A DNA stretch of 54,589 nt from an uncultured virus (IMG/VR IMGVR_UViG_3300042298_004026) (Duplodnaviria; Heunggongvirae; Uroviricota; Caudoviricetes). The stretch is taken from IMG/VR virus record IMGVR_UViG_3300042298_004026; one strand, written 5' to 3'. Position numbers and translations under genes: made by a program. Of this stretch, positions 47,575-54,589 are shown in pieces (the first letter of the stretch is position 1; each line of letters starts with the position of its first letter). The notes beneath the pieces are model-generated. The model ran no database searches, was not told the origin of the DNA, and was given only the letters and a program-made list of their open reading frames with translations.

Positions 47575-48447
47575 ATGCCATTATGGGGATTAAACGATAC
47601 TGCTTCTAACAGCGTAATTTGGGCACCATCGCAAGTTGGTAACGCTCCTACGCGTGCACAAGCTAATCTTTTGTATGGAAATACAACACCAAACGCATAC
47701 TTCAATGGTGTGACTGTTGGTATGTTCGCTTCTGACACAGCAGAAACTGCAGCAACAGGTAGTGGTGTTGCAGAGATTGTTATTACGTCAGCAGGTTCGG
47801 GTTATACGGCTAATGCAGTTGTTACCATTACATCGAGTGCTGGTGTTAGCGCAACAGCCAACGCTCAAGCAAACGCAACAGGCCGTATTGCTACCATTAA
47901 CATTACTGAAGTTGGTTATGGCTACACACAGACACCAACCGTAACTGTTGCAGCACCTGCAGCGCTTACTTTCTCGGGCAATTCAACAGGCGTTGTTGTC
48001 GGTAATAGCACGGTCAAGGGCTTTATCCTTCTCGGTACAGCAAACGTTGCATTGCTTGCAAACGGCGATACAGTTACATATCTTGTTGGTACTAGTAACA
48101 CAGCGATTGGTGGACTTGCAAACAACACCACGTATTTTGTGACTGTTGCCAATTCCACGGCCATTCAGCTATCTGCTGACCAAGAAGACTATAACGGCGG
48201 TGTGTTTATTAACTTAGCGTCTGTCGGTACAGGTGCACAGGCAGGCCATAGTCTGACAGGTCAAACAGCCGTTGCCGTTGCTTCGTTATCTGGCGGTAAG
48301 AACAAAGGTATTACAGCTGGCTGGAATATTCGTACAGTTGGTACAGGTGGCCGTGCTGGTCGTGTTACATATGAATGTCTTGTTGCAACGCGTAACATTT
48401 CTGGCGATGGCTCTGACGATAGACAGCTCCCTGATTCTGAAGCATAA
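47575..48447 (+). CDS. Virion structural protein (A/T/G/N-rich, beta-rich)
   Basis: MPLWG start, AGSGYT and GYGYTQTPTVT repeats, GGLANNTTYFV, C-terminal GRVTYECLVA. Confidence 0.7.
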   Translation: MPLWGLNDTASNSVIWAPSQVGNAPTRAQANLLYGNTTPNAYFNGVTVGMFASDTAETAATGSGVAEIVITSAGSGYTANAVVTITSSAGVSATANAQANATGRIATINITEVGYGYTQTPTVTVAAPAALTFSGNSTGVVVGNSTVKGFILLGTANVALLANGDTVTYLVGTSNTAIGGLANNTTYFVTVANSTAIQLSADQEDYNGGVFINLASVGTGAQAGHSLTGQTAVAVASLSGGKNKGITAGWNIRTVGTGGRAGRVTYECLVATRNISGDGSDDRQLPDSEA

Positions 48448-48451
48448 TTAA

Positions 48452-49021
48452 ATGGTCGATCGCGCTAAAAAAATTAGTGAACTTCCAGCAGCAACGACGG
48501 TAGCAAATACAGATTTTGTTATCGTCGTTGCTAACACCTCTGGTACGGCGAACACAAAGCGCATCACTGCCAATAACTTCCGTAACAGCTTACTTACGTC
48601 GTTCACATCGAATACCGTAACCATTACAACGCTAACAACATCCAATACAACTGCTAACAACCTTGTAGCAACAACGATATCGGCCGATGATGTAACGTGT
48701 ACAGGTAATGTGTATTTGGGCGTTGTTCAATCAAATGCAGCCCAATTGATACACATTCATGGCACTATTCACTCAAACATAGAGCCCCATACACCAAACA
48801 ATTACGAAATAGGCAATACCTCACATTATTGGGGTGCTATTCATATCAAAACTGTAAAGTTTGCTGATGGCACGTCACAGAATACAACGTTTAAATGGAG
48901 TAGTGTTCCAGCTAATTCAACAGCAAATGGAACGACAGGTCAGGTTGCATTTGATTCAGATTATGTGTACGTGTGTGTTACAACAAACACATGGAAGAGG
49001 TTATCACTAGGTACTTATTGA
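48452..49021 (+). CDS. Virion structural/fibre-like protein
   Basis: KKISELPAA N-terminus; C-terminal P.NST..G..GQVAFDSDYVYVCV..NTWKR fibre-type motif. Confidence 0.7.
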   Translation: MVDRAKKISELPAATTVANTDFVIVVANTSGTANTKRITANNFRNSLLTSFTSNTVTITTLTTSNTTANNLVATTISADDVTCTGNVYLGVVQSNAAQLIHIHGTIHSNIEPHTPNNYEIGNTSHYWGAIHIKTVKFADGTSQNTTFKWSSVPANSTANGTTGQVAFDSDYVYVCVTTNTWKRLSLGTY

Positions 49022-49416
49022 TGCAAATTGAAAAACTTGACGAAACAAATTTTTTATTATACGCAGCAAAACATTATGATAACCCACACTGTTATGATAC
49101 GCTTGAGTTTTACGATGATTTGAACAGATTCAAATATATAAAGAGATTATTCAATCGTTATGAAGAAACTGGTGAGTTGAAAGAACGGTTAATCATCAAC
49201 CATTTAACCGTTCTCTATAATATTTTTGGGGTTGAGGCAGCAACAAGACTGCTATTCTTAAAATTACGCGGACATTATAACTTTCTCAAACCCTTTCTTA
49301 TGTTGATGGGGTATATGCCTGACGTTGTATATAACATTGGGATTGAGGGCAAGAATATTGAGTGTTCAAGTATACCAACGGATGAAAACATCGTTAACAT
49401 ATTACAACAGATATGA
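49021..49416 (+). CDS. Conserved T4-like hypothetical protein
   Basis: NFLLYAAKHYDNP, EFYDDLNRFKYIKRL, LIINH; start at 49021. Confidence 0.75.
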   Translation: MQIEKLDETNFLLYAAKHYDNPHCYDTLEFYDDLNRFKYIKRLFNRYEETGELKERLIINHLTVLYNIFGVEAATRLLFLKLRGHYNFLKPFLMLMGYMPDVVYNIGIEGKNIECSSIPTDENIVNILQQI

Positions 49417-49607
49417 AAACATTTAAACAGTTCTACGCAGAGATGAGTTTTTCAACCGGTAGCGTTGCAATCAATGCAGTTGCTGGAGGAAACATTGCAG
49501 GAATTGGTTTTGGTCCTGATGGTGAGCCTGGAGGTCGTAAAGCAATTATGACTAAAAGGATATTAAGAAGGAAGCGCCCAAATGTGGTTAGTAAAGTTCC
49601 TACCTGA
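49413..49607 (+). CDS. Small protein with capsid-targeting-like N-terminus
   Basis: MKTFKQFYAE; NAVAGGNIAGIG...GEPG. Confidence 0.6.
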   Translation: MKTFKQFYAEMSFSTGSVAINAVAGGNIAGIGFGPDGEPGGRKAIMTKRILRRKRPNVVSKVPT

Positions 49608-50031
49608 TTGGTTCTTTTACGGTGTATTGTTTGTTGGTATTGTCGGTCTTGCAGTCACATACCTACTAAAATTCATACCGTTTCCTCCTTTATATGTGTA
49701 TAGAACTCCTATACAGCTAGCTGCTGTCGCACTTATTGTGATTGGCACTTTCATGATTGGAGCTGTGTGGAATGAAAACGCCTGGAAGGCACGTATAGCC
49801 GAGCTCGAGAAGGAAGTAGCTGAAGCTCAAGCAAAATCTGCACAGGTTACCGTCGAGACAGTAACAAAATATGTTGATAGGACAAAAGTTATAAAAGAAA
49901 AGGGAGCGACCGTTGTTCAATATGTAGACAGAGAAATCGTTAAATATGACAACGTATGTAAGCTACCCCCAGAAGTATCCAAAGCACACAATGATGCCGC
50001 ATCTTTTAAGCTGAAAGAGGGGTCTAAATGA
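49582..50031 (+). CDS. Inner-membrane spanin (Rz-like)
   Basis: N-terminal TM helices, periplasmic coiled coil, late Cys and HNDAA; precedes a lipoprotein and the endolysin. Confidence 0.7.
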   Translation: MWLVKFLPDWFFYGVLFVGIVGLAVTYLLKFIPFPPLYVYRTPIQLAAVALIVIGTFMIGAVWNENAWKARIAELEKEVAEAQAKSAQVTVETVTKYVDRTKVIKEKGATVVQYVDREIVKYDNVCKLPPEVSKAHNDAASFKLKEGSK

Positions 50032-50303
50032 AGGTCATGCTCTGGTTGAGTCCTCTATTATTAACAGGTTGTATGGTATCAGCACCCGTTAAACATGCCC
50101 TTCCTGATATGCCTGCACTGCTTATAGAGAGATGTGTCGAATTAAAGTTGTTGAATGAGAAAGAGGAAAAGTTATCGGAACTCTTAAAAACTGTTACACA
50201 TAACTATATGATGTACCATGAGTGTGCTACAAAGCATGACCTAATCATTAAGTGGTATAAAGAGCAAAAACAAATTCACGACGTTATTCACGATAAAAAG
50301 TAG
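50028..50303 (+). CDS. Outer-membrane spanin (Rz1-like lipoprotein)
   Basis: Lipobox LLLTGC; Pro-rich segment; NY..YHEC. Confidence 0.75.
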   Translation: MKVMLWLSPLLLTGCMVSAPVKHALPDMPALLIERCVELKLLNEKEEKLSELLKTVTHNYMMYHECATKHDLIIKWYKEQKQIHDVIHDKK

Positions 50304-50309
50304 GTTACC

Positions 50310-50936
50310 ATGGAACTAACAAAAGAACAACTCAAACAGCTGTTACCAAAGAATCCTTATATTGATTACTGGCACGCTGCATTAACAAAGTTACTACCTG
50401 ATTATGATATCAACACATCACAAAGAATCGCTGCATTTATTGCTCAATGCTCGCACGAGTCAGCTGGGTTCACTGCCCTCAAAGAGAATTTGAATTATCG
50501 TTGGCAAACACTACGTAAACTGTTTCCAAAGTACTTTCCTGACGATGCGATCGCTCAAGAATACGCTAATAAACCTAACAAGCAAGAGGCAATTGCAAAC
50601 CGTATCTATGCTAGTCGTATGGGTAATGGGGATGAAGCATCAGGCGATGGGTATCGTTTCTGTGGACGTGGTTTGATTCAATTGACAGGCCGAAACAATT
50701 ACACGTTCTTTGCTGGTAGCCTGGATATAACAGTTGAAGAAGCTACAGAGTATCTGAATACGTTCGAAGGCGCAGCACAATCGGCTTGTTGGTTTTGGGA
50801 AACCAACAACCTCAATCAATGGGCAGATAAGGGTGATATTCTGACGCTAACAAAAAGAATCAATGGTGGAACGATAGGATTAGATGATCGAATCAAACAT
50901 TATGAACATGCTTTACACGTATTAGGAACACATTAA
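50310..50936 (+). CDS. Endolysin, glycoside hydrolase family 19
   Basis: AAFIAQCSHES, ENLNY, GRGLIQLTGRNNY, SACWFW, TKRINGG. Confidence 0.93.
   Translation: MELTKEQLKQLLPKNPYIDYWHAALTKLLPDYDINTSQRIAAFIAQCSHESAGFTALKENLNYRWQTLRKLFPKYFPDDAIAQEYANKPNKQEAIANRIYASRMGNGDEASGDGYRFCGRGLIQLTGRNNYTFFAGSLDITVEEATEYLNTFEGAAQSACWFWETNNLNQWADKGDILTLTKRINGGTIGLDDRIKHYEHALHVLGTH
50884..50926 (+). repeat. Direct repeat copy 1 (endolysin 3' end)
   Basis: AAACATTATGAACATGCTTTACACGT 50895-50920 matches 52094-52119 at 25/26 nt. Confidence 0.9.
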
Positions 50937-52081
50937 TGTCAAATAAAACATTCAAATTATTTGCTCAAAAAATGGGTGGCAGACCTTCCGCCTCTTTTAT
51001 CGGTAGAGCTGGTGAATTATTCTATGATCCAGAAATTGGATCTATCAAACTTTCTAACGGTACAACCTCAGGTGGTATAACCATCACGGAACCTGTTAGT
51101 GTTAACGTAGCAGATAATCAATGGTATGTTGATCCAAGTAGAACAGATATTGTAGCTGGTACTTCAACTGGAAGTGAAAACAATCCTTTCTTATCAATCA
51201 CTGCTGCTTTGGCATATATTGAAGCAAGAATTGCTGATGGTAGTTTGACGATTGTTGTATCGGGAACAGTTGTTGATAACCCACAGTTTATTATTCTAAA
51301 AAGTTCAACTACAGAAGATGTTATATTAACTCGTGGTCATATTTTTATTGTTGGTGATACACCAGACGCAGGACACATACCGATATGGATTCACGGACAC
51401 GTTATTATTACACCATCTGTTTCTGGAGCAACTGCTGTAAATGTTAATCACTTTGGTTTGTTTCACGTTGCTGTTCTTCCAACAGGTGCTTATCACGGCA
51501 TTGAAATAGATGGTTCCAATGCTTGTAGAATTTATCTGGAAGATGCTTATGTGTATCAAGGAAACAGTAGTAAGTCTTGTGTATATGCAAATAATACTGG
51601 CAATGATACACGTGTATCATTGCTTAATTGCTCTATGTCTAGAGCAAATGGTTCAACTCATCTTATTGATATTCAGCGTGGATATTGTCAAATTGACAAT
51701 CTTGAAACTAATGGAATTGGACAAGTATTGAACCTAGCAAACGATTCAACTGGAACTATGTTGAATAGTTCCATTGATGCTGGTACGGGCGCTGTTATAA
51801 CATTAAGTGGAACAGCACAATTTGGTATGGCTACTTGTATCCTTAATAATACTGGCGCTGCTGCTAACACTTATGGAGTTACAATGAGTGGAACTGCCAG
51901 TATGCAATTTGGCGTGGTTACATTTAATGTATCAAATGCACAAGCAACCAATCGTGCTATCAACGGTGTAGCAGGAAATGTGGTATTATATGCTAATCCA
52001 ATATTCCGATATCTAACTTGCAGTAAGATATCAACAGCAATAACATTGATACCATTAGACACCGCGTTTACCGCAGTATAA
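50936..52081 (+). CDS. Beta-helix/pectin-lyase-like fibre or tailspike-type protein
   Basis: FIGRAGELFYDP...LSNG.T.GG N-terminal module; WYVDP...GSENNPFLSITAA; beta-rich G/N/T/I repeats. Confidence 0.6.
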   Translation: MSNKTFKLFAQKMGGRPSASFIGRAGELFYDPEIGSIKLSNGTTSGGITITEPVSVNVADNQWYVDPSRTDIVAGTSTGSENNPFLSITAALAYIEARIADGSLTIVVSGTVVDNPQFIILKSSTTEDVILTRGHIFIVGDTPDAGHIPIWIHGHVIITPSVSGATAVNVNHFGLFHVAVLPTGAYHGIEIDGSNACRIYLEDAYVYQGNSSKSCVYANNTGNDTRVSLLNCSMSRANGSTHLIDIQRGYCQIDNLETNGIGQVLNLANDSTGTMLNSSIDAGTGAVITLSGTAQFGMATCILNNTGAAANTYGVTMSGTASMQFGVVTFNVSNAQATNRAINGVAGNVVLYANPIFRYLTCSKISTAITLIPLDTAFTAV

Positions 52082-52082
52082 T

Positions 52083-52132
52083 ATGATCACCTTAAACATT
52101 ACGAACATGCTTTACACGTTCTGGGGGTATAA
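52083..52132 (+). pseudogene. Orphan duplicate of endolysin C-terminal coding segment (direct repeat copy 2)
   Basis: Translates (Y)DHLKHYEHALHVLGV* versus endolysin DDRIKHYEHALHVLGTH*. Confidence 0.85.
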
Positions 52133-52426
52133 ATGGTGAGCGACAGAAAACTATTTCTTGGGCTTCTCATTTTGTTATTACTTCCTCTTACACTAGCAAT
52201 ATTTGGTGGTGATCGTTTTAGATATCCTTGCCAAGACCCTAAGAATTGGGATAAGGAAATGTGTAAGATGCCGTATTGTGATGTAACAAGAACTTGCCCA
52301 GAACACATATTCAAAGGTCAACGTGATCCAAGATTAGGACCACCAGAAACGAGAAATCAACCACTAACACAAACTGGACAAACATGTCAAGCATGTCCCC
52401 CGCAAGGAGTGAATAATGCAAAATAA
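52133..52426 (+). CDS. Membrane-anchored Cys-rich periplasmic protein
   Basis: N-terminal TM; RYPCQDPKNW...C..P.C....TCP. Confidence 0.7.
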   Translation: MVSDRKLFLGLLILLLLPLTLAIFGGDRFRYPCQDPKNWDKEMCKMPYCDVTRTCPEHIFKGQRDPRLGPPETRNQPLTQTGQTCQACPPQGVNNAK

Positions 52427-52868
52427 TACACCATTCGTATATACTGAAGATCAGTTGATGGCAAGATTGAAATTCTTTATTGGAGTTTGTCTTGCGCTAA
52501 CACTCACAGGCATTGTATTCGTTGTATTATATTCAATCATCTTCGTAACACAACCATTGAATGCAATGTCACCAATCGACCAGAAATTTTTTGAGTTGAT
52601 TGTTCCGATTGCAACATTCCTAACAGGCACATTATCGGGTATTATGTTAGCGGGTAGACCGAAAGAAGAACAAGAAGCTATGCTTGCAGCACAGAAGCAA
52701 GCAACTGAGTCCTTCAAAACAACAATGGAAGAAACAAGGAAGCAAGCACCTGATCCCAGACCTGAAAAGAAAGAACCTACATTGGGTATGCAAACTGTAG
52801 TGCAACAACCCGTGGCTGGATTTGGTGGTAAATTAGCGCCTCCTCCTGCACTACAACCGGAGATTTAA
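52416..52868 (+). CDS. Two-TM membrane protein (holin candidate)
   Basis: Two hydrophobic helices; located in lysis region. Confidence 0.55.
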   Translation: MQNNTPFVYTEDQLMARLKFFIGVCLALTLTGIVFVVLYSIIFVTQPLNAMSPIDQKFFELIVPIATFLTGTLSGIMLAGRPKEEQEAMLAAQKQATESFKTTMEETRKQAPDPRPEKKEPTLGMQTVVQQPVAGFGGKLAPPPALQPEI

Positions 52869-53117
52869 ATGCCCCCACTATCTAGTATCTTTCAATCAAC
52901 AGTTAGTGATGATGGTATTAGTAGCAAACGTGTTGTCACATTTCTTGCATTCATATTTTGCTCGATAGCATTTTTTGCAAATTTATTTTTTGAATACAAA
53001 ATCGACACACATTTATTTGACGGAATGATGTATATCGCTATCGCAGGATTAGGTGTTACAGTCGCTGAAAGATTTGCACCCAAGGCACCATTGCCCCCAC
53101 AACCACTTTTAAAGTAG
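52869..53117 (+). CDS. Small two-TM protein (holin candidate)
   Basis: ISSKRVVTFLAF, two TMs, AERF. Confidence 0.55.
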   Translation: MPPLSSIFQSTVSDDGISSKRVVTFLAFIFCSIAFFANLFFEYKIDTHLFDGMMYIAIAGLGVTVAERFAPKAPLPPQPLLK

Positions 53118-53125
53118 GAGTTCAA

Positions 53126-53341
53126 ATGAAAATTTTCATCACAGCAGCAATTATCGGGTTGATTCCTTTATTAAGTTATCACGGAATTTCATTCGCCGCT
53201 GAAACCAAAAGGGTATGCGTTGATAAGGTAACTAATGATGGGAAGAAAGTCCTAGACAAAGAAGGTAAACCTGTCCAGGAATGCAAAGAAATCAAGGTGC
53301 ATCAAAAATTAGAGGGCACCAAAGTGCCCGAGAAGAAATGA
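53126..53341 (+). CDS. Small exported protein
   Basis: Signal peptide; two Cys; KVHQKLEGTKVP. Confidence 0.65.
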   Translation: MKIFITAAIIGLIPLLSYHGISFAAETKRVCVDKVTNDGKKVLDKEGKPVQECKEIKVHQKLEGTKVPEKK

Positions 53342-54036
53342 CAAATATGCAATCACTTAAAGAATGGGCTAATACCACAGGTATACCTCGTTCAGAAAAA
53401 AACGATGATGTAGTCTCTTATACTGGAGAAGGTGAATCATCAAGTGAAAATTTGAATGAATTTTTAAAGGCAAAAGGTGAAGGTAAAAAAACGAATTTAA
53501 AAACTTGGAATGGAAAAAGACCTGAGGAAGCTGCTAAAAATATAAGTAATGGTTTAAAGGCAACCACACAAGATAAAGATTTATATACAGGTATGGGATT
53601 CAATCCTTCAAAAATTTGGGAGAGTCATAAGGCAGATGTATCTAAACCTGTGACAATTCATAGTCATGCCTTTATATCTACAAGTCATCTTCCTCAAAGT
53701 ACGGCGTCTTTTTCGGCTGACAGAGAAGGCGATGGGCATGATTATACCAAACATCCTTTGAGAAATAAAAATAGTGTGGGCGCAAAATTTAAAGGGCCGA
53801 TCAATCACATTTTAAAAATTTCAGTGCCAAAAGGTACAAAAGCATCTAGAATAAGTCATTTATCTGATTTCCCAGAAGAAAATGAAACATTGCTTGATAG
53901 AGGTCATAAAATAGAAATACACCCTCACCCAGAAGCAAAAATTATTACCTTAGGTAAATTTAGGGGGTATCATAAGTTAAAAACTTTTGTATGGCATGCA
54001 AAAATTGTAGGGCATGATCCACAAAATTTAGATTGA
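53338..54036 (+). CDS. ADP-ribosyltransferase (VIP2/Alt/Mod-like)
   Basis: YT...S..LN..L, LYTG, FISTS, ILKISVPKG, EENETLLDRG (ExE). Confidence 0.8.
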   Translation: MTNMQSLKEWANTTGIPRSEKNDDVVSYTGEGESSSENLNEFLKAKGEGKKTNLKTWNGKRPEEAAKNISNGLKATTQDKDLYTGMGFNPSKIWESHKADVSKPVTIHSHAFISTSHLPQSTASFSADREGDGHDYTKHPLRNKNSVGAKFKGPINHILKISVPKGTKASRISHLSDFPEENETLLDRGHKIEIHPHPEAKIITLGKFRGYHKLKTFVWHAKIVGHDPQNLD

Positions 54037-54588
54037 TTAAGTCCAGAGATACTTACGAATCTTAACAAGACGAATAAGCATTTCTTCATCTTCAGTTTCG
54101 TATTGAGTTTCAATTTCTCGCAGACGATCAAGGCGGCGTACAGTTTCTTCTCTTTCTTCTTCTGTTTTATCTTCAGCAAAGATAAGTAAGCTATCTTCAC
54201 GCCGCCTTTCGCACCATTCAGACCATCCGCTAATATCATAAGGGTCGGGTCTTGCAGGTCTTTGTTCTGTCCACCACTTGTACAGGATCAATGTTTCTTG
54301 GGCACCTTTTGCTTGATATGTGAGTTCGCCATAACCTTCGTCGCCAGGTTCAAGCCCCCAACTTTCATCATTTTTCAGATTGCTTGCCCATGCAAGATAA
54401 TCAAGGCCTGCTTCCTTGTTGCGGTACGTGCGTGTGCGAAACCATCCTGTGCCCCAAAGAGGCACTTTATATTTTTTTCTGGCTTCCTCATCAAATCGAA
54501 AATTGGCGGCAGCAAGTTCAACCTCGACGAAATTAACCAGTTCGTCGAATAAGCAATGCAACATGCGAGTATCATACTCATGCCATCT
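54037..54588 (-). CDS. Hypothetical protein (5' end beyond window)
   Basis: Frame stays open past ATG 54564 to the window edge (RWHEYDTRM); LYKWW..RP.R and EDEEMLIRLVKIR. Confidence 0.7.
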   Translation of the reverse strand, partial: RWHEYDTRMLHCLFDELVNFVEVELAAANFRFDEEARKKYKVPLWGTGWFRTRTYRNKEAGLDYLAWASNLKNDESWGLEPGDEGYGELTYQAKGAQETLILYKWWTEQRPARPDPYDISGWSEWCERRREDSLLIFAEDKTEEEREETVRRLDRLREIETQYETEDEEMLIRLVKIRKYLWT

Positions 54589-54589
54589 A

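Noticed and set aside
1..54589. tRNA genes, CRISPR array, stop-codon reassignment
   Set aside because: No cloverleaf or regularly spaced repeats seen by eye; core genes are full length in the standard code and TAA, TGA and TAG all serve as stops.

Overview
A 54.6 kb segment of a T4-like (myovirus) phage genome, almost all on the + strand. Its two-component spanins indicate a Gram-negative host, and a DUF3563-like ORF weakly suggests a betaproteobacterial one. Gene order: head module (gp20, gp21, gp22, gp23), gp3, uvsY, uvsW, gp55, gp47, gp46. Next is a ~9 kb nucleotide-modification island: UDP-sugar dehydrogenase, queE, queD, an APS-kinase/nucleotidyltransferase fusion, a sulfotransferase-like gene, folE, an oxygenase, a GIY-YIG-like gene, a methyltransferase, a DpdL-like QueD paralogue, a DpdA/TGT-like transglycosylase, dNMP kinase, dUTPase/dCTP deaminase and a glycosyltransferase. 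Then come gp45, gp44, gp62, regA, a minus-strand cassette of five exported or membrane proteins, dCMP deaminase, hsp20 with a structured leader, a Pol-beta-like nucleotidyltransferase, gp43, uvsX and gp41. The last part holds a second glycosyl/methyltransferase cluster, probable internal head proteins (with Dps), the lysis cassette and an ADP-ribosyltransferase. Main leads: (1) a 7-deazaguanine DNA-modification pathway with no QueC in the window, interleaved with sulfation and sugar-tailoring genes; (2) T4 capsid-targeting-like N-termini on enzymes and modular, protease-site-punctuated proteins, suggesting injected cargo; (3) a peptide deformylase with all catalytic motifs degenerate; (4) a pseudoknot/terminator leader before hsp20; (5) a gene insertion scar duplicating the endolysin 3' end. 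All calls come from motif recognition by eye; no searches were run.
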